Shown piece by piece: positions 10,400-19,982 of a DNA stretch of 64,000 bases. Source of the DNA: Pseudomonadota bacterium (GTDB lineage: Bacteria > Pseudomonadota > Alphaproteobacteria > UBA2136 > UBA6156); assembly GCA_016125035.1 (NCBI GenBank), contig WGMN01000002.1, positions 17,790 through 81,789 on the forward strand, given 5' to 3'. Each line of letters opens with the position of its first letter. Within the stretch, counting starts at the first letter, position 1. A model generated the notes under the pieces. That model searched no databases. It saw only the letters and a program-made list of their open reading frames with translations, and was not told the DNA's origin. Position numbers and translations under genes: made by a program.

Positions 10400-10568
10400 A
10401 ACCATCCTCCATGCCCCGCAAACCGGAGGGGCTGCGGGGCCGCAAAAACGGCCGGTAAAATTAAGGTTACCCAAAAGTATACATTTTACGCCCCACCGTC
10501 AACCGCCCTCTCCCCACCCAACGCAAAGCGGGCAGCGGGAAGAATCTCTTCTCCCCGCCGCCCAACGT

Positions 10569-10856
10569 TCACCGTCTGCGCCACCCCCTCATAACCCTCT
10601 CCGCAGCTTTTTCCCGCCGTGCGGCTTTGTCCGCTTTGGTCTGCGCCACCAGGTCGGGCGCGGCCTCACTGCCCCTCGGTTTACCGGGGGGTAACTCGGG
10701 CAACATCCCCGCAAAGGGCCGTTTTTTCTTGCCACGCAACAACATGCTTGCCCAGCTCTGCACGGTAAGAACCCCCAGCAGCGCCAAAAAAACCACCGCC
10801 GCCAGCCATAAGACCCAGTCCCCCAACAGACCCAAAAAGTTCCAGAACCCAGTCAT
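10569..10856 (-). CDS. small membrane protein with basic tail (hypothetical)
   Basis: One TM helix (FWNFLGLLGDWVLWLAAVVFLALLGVL) is followed by a Lys/Arg-rich tail. Coding potential is uncertain. Confidence 0.3.
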   Translation of the reverse strand: MTGFWNFLGLLGDWVLWLAAVVFLALLGVLTVQSWASMLLRGKKKRPFAGMLPELPPGKPRGSEAAPDLVAQTKADKAARREKAAERVMRGWRRR

Positions 10857-10991
10857 CCCGCGTCCTCTCAAAAAGTAATATCTTTAACACCGTGTATACG
10901 TTAAACCATCCACTTCATCAACCCCCCAACGCAAACCGGGCGGCAGAGAGGGGGAAACACCCCATCCCCGCCGCCCGGCTCGTTCCCGTCA

Positions 10992-11621
10992 TCAGCAGCC
11001 AAGCGCCATGCGCAGCTGCGCTGCCGTCATCGCCGCCACAATCGGCGTCAGCATCTCCCGGTCATCTCCATAAACGCGGTGCTCGGGCTCTTTCAGCAAT
11101 CGCCGCAGTTGCTCAAGCAAGTTCTCCCGCGGTAGCTCCATCTGCGCTGGAGACACTTTTTCACCAAGCTTCCCCCGCAACACCCGGTTCAAGTGCTTAA
11201 GCAGGTAGGCTTCGGGTCTAAAGCACGGCGCGCTCATCACCAACGCAGTATACGCGTTGGCATTTCCTCCGGGCCCGCTGTAACGCACCCGCCATTTTCC
11301 CTCTCCGGCGGGGGTGGCCACGGTGCAGGTGGCGTTCCTCTTCTGCGTTTTGCGGGCGTCTGGCCCGGTAAGCAGCTCCAGGCAGGTCACATCCTGCTCC
11401 TCCACCGCCCCCCACACGCGCTCGCCGGTCACCGTCTTGCGCCACGTGGCTCCCACCTTAAACCGGATGCCAACCTTGGCGGAATTCACCGGCACCCAAA
11501 GCCAACCGCTTGGCCCGCTCCTCAGGATATCTCCTGGGGGTGAGAGGATCCGTCGCGCAATCTCCCGCACGGCGTTCCACTCCACCTCACCCGACAAAAC
11601 CAAATCAGCGTTGCCGCTCAT
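10992..11621 (-). CDS. hypothetical protein (ORFan, ~209 aa)
   Basis: The internal start MSGNADLVLSGEVEWNAV lies 6 nt after GGAGG. GC-rich third-position codon usage is consistent with coding. No family was recognised. Confidence 0.45.
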   Translation of the reverse strand: MSGNADLVLSGEVEWNAVREIARRILSPPGDILRSGPSGWLWVPVNSAKVGIRFKVGATWRKTVTGERVWGAVEEQDVTCLELLTGPDARKTQKRNATCTVATPAGEGKWRVRYSGPGGNANAYTALVMSAPCFRPEAYLLKHLNRVLRGKLGEKVSPAQMELPRENLLEQLRRLLKEPEHRVYGDDREMLTPIVAAMTAAQLRMALGC

Positions 11622-11710
11622 TCTCAACCTCCACAAGGTTCGTAAAAAGGCCCGTTCGATCCAGCAGCGCGTATACTTTATTCCCCGTCCCCCAACAAGC
11701 CTCTTTCTTT

Positions 11711-11756
11711 CTGCCGCGTTTTGCCGCTTTTCGCCGCTTTTTGCCGTTTTGCCGCC
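11711..11756. repeat. 9-10 bp tandem repeat (TTTTGCCGC-like) x4-5 in intergenic region
   Basis: The sequence reads ctgccgcg ttttgccgc ttttcgccgc tttttgccg ttttgccgcc. Confidence 0.8.
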
Positions 11757-11861
11757 ACCCTCCCCCTGCCAAAGTGGCACAAAATCGGCCCCCTTGCCGC
11801 GCACCGCAGCGTTTCGCCGCCCCGCTGCAAGGGCCACACCTTCACAAAATCAATAAGTTAT

Positions 11862-12347
11862 TTATTCAAGCGTATAAAGCTCGCTGCCCAGGTGCAGCAC
11901 CTTGCCGTCAAAGCACAAGTAGCGCACGCCTTGGCTACCGTCGGGCTTCACCGTCACTTTAAGCTGTTGGTGTTTAATGCCAATTTCCTTGCAGTCGCGC
12001 TGGCCATCGCCCCAGGCCACCGGCCGGTTTTCCACCTGCTCCATGCGCTGGGCCAACTGCTTCTGCCCCGCCTGCACGTTCATCACGTCCGTGTTTTCAA
12101 GGCGTTGCATCGCATCCGCCACTCCCTGCGCCCGATCATTGGCCACTTTCACCGCATCGGCAAGCTCACGGTTCTGCCGCTGCAACTCTCTGATACTGCT
12201 CTGCAATTGGGTGTTCTGGTTCTGCAACTTGCCCAGCGCCTGCTCATACCTGCTCATCAGCAGGCTCATGTCGCGCGCTTCGCGCCCGCTCTCCTGCGCC
12301 ACCGCCGGGGTCGCCAAGAGTGCCATAACTAACAAAGCCTTGCGCAT
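11862..12347 (-). CDS. secreted/periplasmic coiled-coil protein (hypothetical)
   Basis: MRKALLVMALLATPAVAQE is a signal peptide. It is followed by a Q/L-rich coiled coil and a C-terminal Cys pair. The start ATG at 12347 follows AAGGAAG. Confidence 0.5.
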   Translation of the reverse strand: MRKALLVMALLATPAVAQESGREARDMSLLMSRYEQALGKLQNQNTQLQSSIRELQRQNRELADAVKVANDRAQGVADAMQRLENTDVMNVQAGQKQLAQRMEQVENRPVAWGDGQRDCKEIGIKHQQLKVTVKPDGSQGVRYLCFDGKVLHLGSELYTLE

Positions 12348-12408
12348 GGTGTTCTTCCTTTTGCACCATCCTAGCAAAAGCCGGCCACCGCCGCCGCCCC
12401 CCTGCCCA

Positions 12409-13134
12409 CTAAAGCGCCAACGCATCGTAAAGCAACTTCAACGCCAACACGCTAACCAGCCCTTTAAAGGCCAGGTCAAACCACTCATTCGTCATGCGTT
12501 TCATCACCTTAACCCCCACATAGGTCCCCAGCAAACCCGCCACCATCATGCCCGCCACCAGCGGCAGATAAGGCCCATACGCAAACCCGAACAAGCCAAA
12601 CACCACCACCTTAATGGCATGCTGGAACAACATGATCGCGCTCTGGTCGGCCAGCACTCCTTCCTTGCTCCGCCCGCCGCGGCGACGAATCGCATTAAAC
12701 AACGTGCCCGCCGCCCCCATCACCATGCTCACCATGCTCACCACCATCCCCATAAGCAGGGTTTTCCCCGGGAAATCGGGCATTTTCATCTTCGGCATCC
12801 ACACCAGATAAAGCAACCCGCCGCCTAAAACCACATGGCCCCAAAATGGCGAGACATTCACCGCCACCGGGCCAATCAACATCGCTCCCACCAAGCTTCC
12901 AACCGCCGCCACCCCCACAAAACGCCAATCCACGTACTCCCATAACATGCTCAGCCGCCAGCTGTTTTGCGCCCCCTGCACCAGTCCATGAATGGGGATC
13001 ACCGCCGTCACCGGCAACGCCAGCGCCATAAGCCCCAACAATAAAGAGCCTCCCCCGGCACCGGTCACAGCAGTAATCAGGCCGGTAAAAAAGGTGGCTG
13101 CAACCAGCCACCAGTCTTGTGTCAGAAGGCCCAT
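12409..13134 (-). CDS. TSUP family (TauE/SafE, DUF81) membrane transporter
   Basis: The 241 aa polytopic membrane protein has the GAGGG motif in its first TM helix and an internal repeat typical of TSUP. Confidence 0.8.
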   Translation of the reverse strand: MGLLTQDWWLVAATFFTGLITAVTGAGGGSLLLGLMALALPVTAVIPIHGLVQGAQNSWRLSMLWEYVDWRFVGVAAVGSLVGAMLIGPVAVNVSPFWGHVVLGGGLLYLVWMPKMKMPDFPGKTLLMGMVVSMVSMVMGAAGTLFNAIRRRGGRSKEGVLADQSAIMLFQHAIKVVVFGLFGFAYGPYLPLVAGMMVAGLLGTYVGVKVMKRMTNEWFDLAFKGLVSVLALKLLYDALAL

Positions 13135-13148
13135 AAGGTGCTGAATGC

Positions 13149-13772
13149 CTAGGCTTTAAAACGCGGGCTGGCCTTACGCGCCAGGCACGCCTGGGTGCGT
13201 TCTTCCACCATTTCCCAGTTCACGTTGGCCATAAACGCGTCAATGTACTTGCCGCGCTCGGTCACACCGTAATCAATAAGGAACGCATGCTCCCAAACAT
13301 CCATGCTCAACAACACCTGGTAGCCGGGCATGTGGCCATCATTATGCAATTCAATGAAGTGGTTGTTCACGTCATGCGTCAACGGGTCCAGGTAGCAAAT
13401 CGCGTGGCCCACGCCGCGCGTGGCCCCGGCGGCCTTAAAATCTGCCATCCAGGCCTCAAAACTGCCAAATTTGTCAGAAACAACGCGCATGAATTCCTTC
13501 GCCACCTCATGCCCCACATTGGCTTTCAGGTTCCCAAAGTAATAGTCGTGCACCAGCATCCCGCACATCTCAAAGCCCAGGCGGCGGCGCCGGTCGGCAT
13601 ATAACGGGTTGGCAACTTCTCCGCCGGCACGCATATCAGCCAGCTGCTTAATCAAGGTGTTGGTATTGCTCACATAGCCTTCATAAAGCTTCCAGTGGGC
13701 ATCAATCTGTTTGTCAGAAATCCCCACCAACCCCGTGGGCTTGAATTCCGTGCGGGCCACATAAACCATCAT
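13149..13772 (-). CDS. sodB: Fe/Mn superoxide dismutase
   Basis: The DVWEHAF...DYG motif and an N-terminal His pair are present. Confidence 0.93.
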   Translation of the reverse strand: MMVYVARTEFKPTGLVGISDKQIDAHWKLYEGYVSNTNTLIKQLADMRAGGEVANPLYADRRRRLGFEMCGMLVHDYYFGNLKANVGHEVAKEFMRVVSDKFGSFEAWMADFKAAGATRGVGHAICYLDPLTHDVNNHFIELHNDGHMPGYQVLLSMDVWEHAFLIDYGVTERGKYIDAFMANVNWEMVEERTQACLARKASPRFKA

Positions 13773-13835
13773 CCATCTCCTTACATTTAACGCCGAGACT
13801 CTACCACCAGCGGTATAAAATCAACATACCCAAAC

Positions 13836-14771
13836 CTAGGCCTGCCGCTTGGCATCTTCCTTACCCATGCGCTGATACCACTCTTCCAGCGCCAAAAGCA
13901 CGGCACTGGCCACAAACACGCTGGAATACGTCCCAAGCGCGGTCCCCACAATCAACACCATGGCAAAATCGTGGATAACCTCGCCTCCCCAAAAAAATAA
14001 AGCAACCAACACCAGCAACACCGTGCTCACCGTCATAATCGTGCGGCCCAGAGTCTGGTTCACGCTCAGGTTCAAAACTTCCGGCAACGGGCGGTTCGGG
14101 TAGCGCCCACGGTTTTCGCGCACCCGGTCAAAAATCACAATGGTATCGTTCAAACTATAACCGATGAGCGTCAAAATCGCCGCCAGCACCGTCAAAGTAA
14201 CCTCCGTGTGCAACAGGCTCATAATGCCTATCGTCAAAACCACGTCATGCACCAACGCTAAAATAGCGCCCAACCCGTAACGCATCTCAAAACGCAACCA
14301 CACATAAATCAAAATGGCTAAAATACTAATCCCCATCGCCTGCAACCCTTTAAGGCGCAGCTCTTGTCCCACCTGCGGGCCCACAAACTCCACCCGGCGC
14401 AACTCTACCGCGCTCACCTTACCCTGCAGAGCAGCCACTACGCCGGCTTCCGCGCTGGCTTTTTGCACTTCGGCATTATTACCCGGCAGGCGGATAATAA
14501 AATCCCGGTTGCTGCCAAATTCCTGGATCGTCGCCCCCTCAAAGCCAGCACTATCAACTGCCTGGCGGATCATCCCCACCTGTGCAGGCTCAGCTGTCTG
14601 TACTTCAATCAACTTGCCGCCCACAAAATCAATGCCGTAGTTCAAGCCCTGGTATCCCAGCAGCGCACATGCCAGCAACCCACCAATAAAGCTGCTCCAC
14701 AGCCAAAAGGTGCGCCAACGCATAAAGTCCAGGTGGGGCACATGCTCAAAGGGGCGGATAGGGAATCTCAT
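13836..14771 (-). CDS. secF: protein translocase subunit SecF
   Basis: The 311 aa product contains GIDFVGG... and a SecD/SecF C-terminal TM bundle. Confidence 0.9.
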   Translation of the reverse strand: MRFPIRPFEHVPHLDFMRWRTFWLWSSFIGGLLACALLGYQGLNYGIDFVGGKLIEVQTAEPAQVGMIRQAVDSAGFEGATIQEFGSNRDFIIRLPGNNAEVQKASAEAGVVAALQGKVSAVELRRVEFVGPQVGQELRLKGLQAMGISILAILIYVWLRFEMRYGLGAILALVHDVVLTIGIMSLLHTEVTLTVLAAILTLIGYSLNDTIVIFDRVRENRGRYPNRPLPEVLNLSVNQTLGRTIMTVSTVLLVLVALFFWGGEVIHDFAMVLIVGTALGTYSSVFVASAVLLALEEWYQRMGKEDAKRQA

Positions 14772-14774
14772 GGT

Positions 14775-15743
14775 CTAAGCCTTTCTCGTCTTATACAAAC
14801 TGTAACCCACCCCACTGCCCAAAATGGCAAAGGTCACCACCAAACTCACCACGGGGGGGAAGTGCGCCAGCCCCAGCATATCCACCACAAACATTTTGCT
14901 GCCAATAAACACCAGCAGCAGCGCCATCGCGTATTTCAAATACTCAAACCGGTCTATCAACGCCGAGAGGGCAAAGTACAAACTGCGCAAGCCCAGCACC
15001 GCAAAAATATTGCTGGTGAACACAATATACGGGTCGGTGGTAATGGCAAAAATTGCGGGCACGCTATCCACCGCAAAAACAACGTCTGCAAATTCAATCA
15101 AAATAAGCGCCACCAGCAAGGGCGTCATATATGTCGCACGCCGTCCGGTCACACCATCCACCAAGCGCACAAAAAATCTACGCCCATGCAATTCCTCAGT
15201 CACACGGCCATAGCTGCGCAAAAAGCGCAGAATAGGATTTTTACCAATGTCGGCATTTTCCTCACTATTCCACACCAGCATCTTAATCCCGGTAATCACC
15301 AAAAAGGCCGCAAAGATATAAAGCACCCAGTGGAATTGCTGGATCAACAGTGCCCCCGCCCCAATCATCACCCCACGCAGCAGCAGCACTCCCACAATGC
15401 CCCAAAAAAGCACCCGGTGTTGGTATTGGCGCGGAATGTGAAAATACCCAAGTATCAAAGCCATCACAAACACGTTGTCCATGGAAAGGCTCATTTCAAC
15501 CACATAACCGGTCACATATAAAAAAGCGCTCTCCGCACCAAGCTCATATCCCATCCACACCGCAAACAAACATGCCAAGGCTACGTAAATAGCCGTGGTC
15601 ACCAGGCTTTCTTTCATCGAGACCACATGGTCTTTGCGGTGCAAAACAAACAAATCCACCACCAGCAAAACCCCAACAACAAGCAAAAACACCAACCAAG
15701 CCCAGGCCGGTTTCCCCATCCACAAAGCTCCAAGCATGTCCAT
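14775..15743 (-). CDS. TerC family integral membrane protein
   Basis: The 322 aa product has multiple TM helices and TerC motifs (SMDNVF...). It lies between secD and secF. Confidence 0.8.
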   Translation of the reverse strand: MDMLGALWMGKPAWAWLVFLLVVGVLLVVDLFVLHRKDHVVSMKESLVTTAIYVALACLFAVWMGYELGAESAFLYVTGYVVEMSLSMDNVFVMALILGYFHIPRQYQHRVLFWGIVGVLLLRGVMIGAGALLIQQFHWVLYIFAAFLVITGIKMLVWNSEENADIGKNPILRFLRSYGRVTEELHGRRFFVRLVDGVTGRRATYMTPLLVALILIEFADVVFAVDSVPAIFAITTDPYIVFTSNIFAVLGLRSLYFALSALIDRFEYLKYAMALLLVFIGSKMFVVDMLGLAHFPPVVSLVVTFAILGSGVGYSLYKTRKA

Positions 15744-15753
15744 TCAGCGCACT

Positions 15754-17301
15754 TTACACCGGCAGCGATTGGGGTTTCGCCCAACGCAGCCAGCTCAACA
15801 ACATCCAGCGCACCAGGGTAATAGAGGTAAACAAACTTGCCAGCAACCCAATGGTCAGCGCCACAGCAAAACCCTTCACAGGGCCTGTCCCCACCGCAAA
15901 CAACACCACCGCGGCCACCAGGGTCGTTACGTGCCCATCAATAATGGTGGAAAATGCTCCCTGAAACCCCCCGACCATTGCCGCAAATGGTTTCTTGCCA
16001 TGGTCTATCTCTTCACGCATCCGTTCAAAAATAAGCACGTTGGCGTCCACGGCCATCCCCAGGGTCAACACCATCCCGGCCATTCCCGGCAAGGTAAGGG
16101 TAAAGCCCATCGCGCTCATCACCGCTACCAGAATCACCAGGTTGGCCACCACCGCAATATCGGCTGCAATTCCAAACAAACCATAGAAGATTCCCATAAA
16201 CACCAGCACGGCCAACAACCCAATGGCAATCGCCAACGTTCCCGCCTTCACACTATCAGCCCCCAGGCTCGGCCCCACCGTGCGCTCTTCAACCACGTGC
16301 ACAGCCGCGGGCAAGGCTCCGGCGTTCAAAATAGCCGCAAGGTCCTGGGCCTCTTCAGTGCTGAAGCTTCCGCTAATCTGTGCCCGCCCGCCCAGAATGG
16401 CCTCTCTAAAGACAGGCGCCGAGTAAACTTTGCCATCCAGTACAATGGCAAAACGCTTGCCGATATTCTGCGTGGAAAGCTGGGCAAAAATCTTCGTCCC
16501 GCGGGCATCAAAGGCAATATCCACGGCAGGCCCGCCATACTGGTCAAATCCGGCCGAGGCACTGGTCAGCATTTCTCCCGTCAAGCTCGGCCGTTTCTGC
16601 ACCACCAGGGGGCGCTTTACGCCGTTCATCTCTTCCTGGAGCATCATTTCGCCGTACGGAACAGTCCCATTACTGGCGCTGTCATCCACCAAATGGAAGG
16701 TCAATTGCGCGGTCTTACCAATCGCAGCCTTGGCCCGTGCCACATCCTTCACACCCGGAAGCTCAACAATCACCCGGTTATCACCTTGCTGTTGCACCAC
16801 CGGCTCCGCCACCCCAAATTGGTCAACCCGGCTGCGCAATACTTGCAGGGTTTGCGCCAGCGCGCGGCGGCGCATTTCCTGCAAGGCACTGTCGCCGTAG
16901 GTCAGGCGCACTTCCCCATCACTGCCGGTGGCAATATCAACCCCTTCGCGCGCCAGGCTCTGTCTCAATACGGCTAGCTGCGCCGGGTCGCGCAAAACCA
17001 GTTCAAGCCCGTCATCCACCGTGCGCAAATTCACATATCCCAGGTGTTGCTCGCGCCCAAGCACTCGTACCTGGTCTTCCAGGTTTTCATAGGCCCGCTG
17101 CATCACATCTTTCAGCTCCACTTCCAGCACCAGGTGGGCGCCGCCTTGCAAATCCAGCCCCAATGTCATTGCCCGGTCAGGCATCCAGGCCGGCAAATTC
17201 TGCCTCTGGGCTGCGGTTAACACATTCGGCAGCGCATACAACACGCTAAAGGCCAAAACAGCCAAAATAAACAATCGCAAGGGCAGAGAAAGCTGGCTCA
17301 T
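15754..17301 (-). CDS. secD: protein translocase subunit SecD
   Basis: The 515 aa product has an N-terminal TM helix, a periplasmic domain and a C-terminal TM bundle. Confidence 0.95.
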   Translation of the reverse strand: MSQLSLPLRLFILAVLAFSVLYALPNVLTAAQRQNLPAWMPDRAMTLGLDLQGGAHLVLEVELKDVMQRAYENLEDQVRVLGREQHLGYVNLRTVDDGLELVLRDPAQLAVLRQSLAREGVDIATGSDGEVRLTYGDSALQEMRRRALAQTLQVLRSRVDQFGVAEPVVQQQGDNRVIVELPGVKDVARAKAAIGKTAQLTFHLVDDSASNGTVPYGEMMLQEEMNGVKRPLVVQKRPSLTGEMLTSASAGFDQYGGPAVDIAFDARGTKIFAQLSTQNIGKRFAIVLDGKVYSAPVFREAILGGRAQISGSFSTEEAQDLAAILNAGALPAAVHVVEERTVGPSLGADSVKAGTLAIAIGLLAVLVFMGIFYGLFGIAADIAVVANLVILVAVMSAMGFTLTLPGMAGMVLTLGMAVDANVLIFERMREEIDHGKKPFAAMVGGFQGAFSTIIDGHVTTLVAAVVLFAVGTGPVKGFAVALTIGLLASLFTSITLVRWMLLSWLRWAKPQSLPV

Positions 17302-17307
17302 GCGGTC

Positions 17308-17676
17308 TTAACGCTTCTTCGCCGCAGCCGTTTGGCTGTTTTTTCTCATACTTAAAATTTTGGCGTCATCGGCGGTTAAAACACGCCCGATAGCATCTTT
17401 CGAGAAGGTCAGAACCACCCCATCACCCGCCTCCAGGTGCACCGTCTTCTCATGCACATCCAGCAACGTCCCCCACACACCGCTTTGCGTAACCACCTTG
17501 TCGCCCTTTTCAAGCTTCTTAATCATGGCAGCGTGTTTCTTGGCTTCTTCGTTCTGCGGCCGGATGATCAAAAAATAAAACACCGCAAAAATCAAAATAA
17601 TCGGCAAAAATCCAAAAAGCTGCCCAGCCAGTCCCGGTGTGGCAGCTGCGTCCTGTGCCCATGCGGCAGAAATCAT
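17308..17676 (-). CDS. yajC: preprotein translocase subunit YajC
   Basis: The 122 aa single-TM protein sits immediately upstream of secD. Confidence 0.85.
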   Translation of the reverse strand: MISAAWAQDAAATPGLAGQLFGFLPIILIFAVFYFLIIRPQNEEAKKHAAMIKKLEKGDKVVTQSGVWGTLLDVHEKTVHLEAGDGVVLTFSKDAIGRVLTADDAKILSMRKNSQTAAAKKR

Positions 17677-17761
17677 TTTGCGTTCCTCTCCTTAACCGGC
17701 GCAAGGTATGCCACAAGCAGCGCTTGCGTCCAGTGCTTTGCCGGTTTTGTATCCTCTAACC

Positions 17762-19279
17762 TTAAAGTTTTGGCAACTCGCGCAGCGGGTCAATCGCGCT
17801 GGCATGGCGCCTAAGCTCAAAATGCAGCTGTGGTTTGTCCACATTTCCACTGGCTCCGCTGGCCGCAATAATCTGGCCTTTTTTCACTTTTTCACCCTTC
17901 CTCACCAGCAAGTGGCTATTGTGAGCATAAGCACTCACCATGCCGCTGTCATGGCGGATCAACACCAGTTTCCCATAAGTCTTCAAACCATCGTCCGCAT
18001 ATAAAACGGTCCCGTTATCTGTCGCCAACACCGGCGTGCCCACCGGCACCGCAATGTTAATGCCGGTATGGGCCACGCCGTTTCCTTCTTCACCAAAACG
18101 CTTCAAGATCGTGCCTCTCACCGGCCACACCTTGCCCACAGCTTTGGCGGCAACTGGGTCCACCTGCCCACGCTTCATTTCCGCGCGCAACTCATCCCCC
18201 AGGTTGGTGGGGGTATCTTTCACCGGGGTCTCAGCCACAGCTTCATCCGTATCCCCACTGCTCTGCCCGGCAATCTCCTCGGCATCTTTTACCTCGGCCA
18301 CTTTCACCTGTGCCTTTGCCTCAGGCTGCCCGGGCTTATCACTGTCGCTAATCTCTTTTTTGGCGGTGGATACCGGCGTACGCGCCACCACTCCGTCATC
18401 AGCTGTGTTTTTCAAAGCCACATCCTGGTTCACCGGCACCTTTACAATCGTCCCCGCCTTCAAGTCCTGCGGCTTCTCAAAATCATTGGCCGACATAATA
18501 TCCAAAACCGAGGCATCATAAGCCTTTGAAATCCGGTAGATCGTCTCGCCCGCCACAACCTGATGGTCAACCAGCGTCACTGCGCTTTTCAGCTTGGTCT
18601 GCGGTGCCACTCCCGCCGCCGGCTCCACCGAAGCCAAACTTTTCTCCTCGCTCTCAGCAACCGCAACCTTAGATACCTCCGCGCTCTTCGCCACCGGCAC
18701 CATCTTTTCCCGGGTCAGGCTGTAGCGCATGCCAGCTGGCGGCGCAGCCGCTCCCGCCGCCGGTTCCACATCCGCGATATTCTGCGCCACCACCGCCCGT
18801 GGCTGCGCCGCAGACGCAGGCGGCTGCAACATCGCCTTCATCTGCTCCCAGGCAGAAACCCTGGGGTGCGAATTCGCCGGTATCTCCAGCACCTGCCCCA
18901 CACGCAAATCGGTCGCGGCAATGTGGTTGGTCTTCAAAATGTCGTCCACACTGCTCTCATACTGGCTCGCCAAACTATAAACCGTGTCCATCGGCTGCAC
19001 GGTGTGCTTTACCATAGAAGCCTTAGCCACCGCGGCCGCCGGCTGGGCAGGCCCCCCGGCGGGCTCAATGTCTTCATAGGTCACACGGCCTTCGGCGCGG
19101 CTGGGGCTGTTAAGCGCCACCGGCTTGGCAACAACGGGTTTTTGTTCTTGCACTACCGGCTGTTTTTCCACTTCAAGATTACCGTTATAACCGCTCACCA
19201 CGGGGGCGGGAGTGCTTTGGGTGCACCCCGCCAACACCACCACCAGCGCCGTAATTCCCCAAGCCTTCAACATCTGCAT
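17762..19279 (-). CDS. nlpD: LysM-domain M23 peptidase lipoprotein (NlpD-like)
   Basis: A lipobox (VVVLAGC) is followed by two LysM motifs and a C-terminal M23 domain (HTGINIAVPVGTPV...AYAHNSHL). Confidence 0.88.
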   Translation of the reverse strand: MQMLKAWGITALVVVLAGCTQSTPAPVVSGYNGNLEVEKQPVVQEQKPVVAKPVALNSPSRAEGRVTYEDIEPAGGPAQPAAAVAKASMVKHTVQPMDTVYSLASQYESSVDDILKTNHIAATDLRVGQVLEIPANSHPRVSAWEQMKAMLQPPASAAQPRAVVAQNIADVEPAAGAAAPPAGMRYSLTREKMVPVAKSAEVSKVAVAESEEKSLASVEPAAGVAPQTKLKSAVTLVDHQVVAGETIYRISKAYDASVLDIMSANDFEKPQDLKAGTIVKVPVNQDVALKNTADDGVVARTPVSTAKKEISDSDKPGQPEAKAQVKVAEVKDAEEIAGQSSGDTDEAVAETPVKDTPTNLGDELRAEMKRGQVDPVAAKAVGKVWPVRGTILKRFGEEGNGVAHTGINIAVPVGTPVLATDNGTVLYADDGLKTYGKLVLIRHDSGMVSAYAHNSHLLVRKGEKVKKGQIIAASGASGNVDKPQLHFELRRHASAIDPLRELPKL

Positions 19280-19290
19280 TCCCTTTCTCC

Positions 19291-19878
19291 CTATGCCGTC
19301 TGCACCAATAACAAAACCATCACAAAAAACAGCAACAGCCCCAGCGCCATCACCATGGTCAACCCCTGGAAGTACCTATCGATCCACGCCTGATACCGCC
19401 CCCCTCCGCGCCACAACAGCCACGCCACAATAAAGTAGTGCGCCCCGCGCGAAACGATCCCCGCCATAATGAATGAAGGCATGCCCGCCCCAAAAAACCC
19501 GCTCAACAACGTCACAATCTTGTAAGGCACGTTGGCCAAGCCTGCCGCCACCACCAAAATCACGTTGTAGTCGCCAAACACGTTCTGCAAAAACTCGTAT
19601 TCTTCCACCACGCCATAGCGCACCACCAGCCCGTGCCCCAACGCGCCGAACACGCTCAGCCCCAGCATATAGGCCACAATCCCGCCTAAAACCGAGCCCG
19701 CGGTGGCGATCATCGCATAACGGAAGGCCCGGTCAAAGGTCACCAGCACCATCGGCACCAGCAGAATATCGGCGGAAACCGGCACAAAAAGCCCTTCAGC
19801 CAGGGCGGCGGCAAACAGCGCCATTTCGGCCTCCGGCCGGCTGGCATATCCCAAAATGCGTGATTGCAGCGTGCTCAT
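19291..19878 (-). CDS. YqaA/DedA-related membrane protein
   Basis: The 195 aa product has 4-5 TM helices with the COG1238-like pattern. Confidence 0.65.
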   Translation of the reverse strand: MSTLQSRILGYASRPEAEMALFAAALAEGLFVPVSADILLVPMVLVTFDRAFRYAMIATAGSVLGGIVAYMLGLSVFGALGHGLVVRYGVVEEYEFLQNVFGDYNVILVVAAGLANVPYKIVTLLSGFFGAGMPSFIMAGIVSRGAHYFIVAWLLWRGGGRYQAWIDRYFQGLTMVMALGLLLFFVMVLLLVQTA

Positions 19879-19982
19879 GCATACATGTTACGGCGCGCGC
19901 ACCTTAATTTCCAGAATAAACCCCGGTTTTCCGCCAATCTTACCACCAATTCCCCCACCCCCTGTGGCACCGCCGAAACAAC

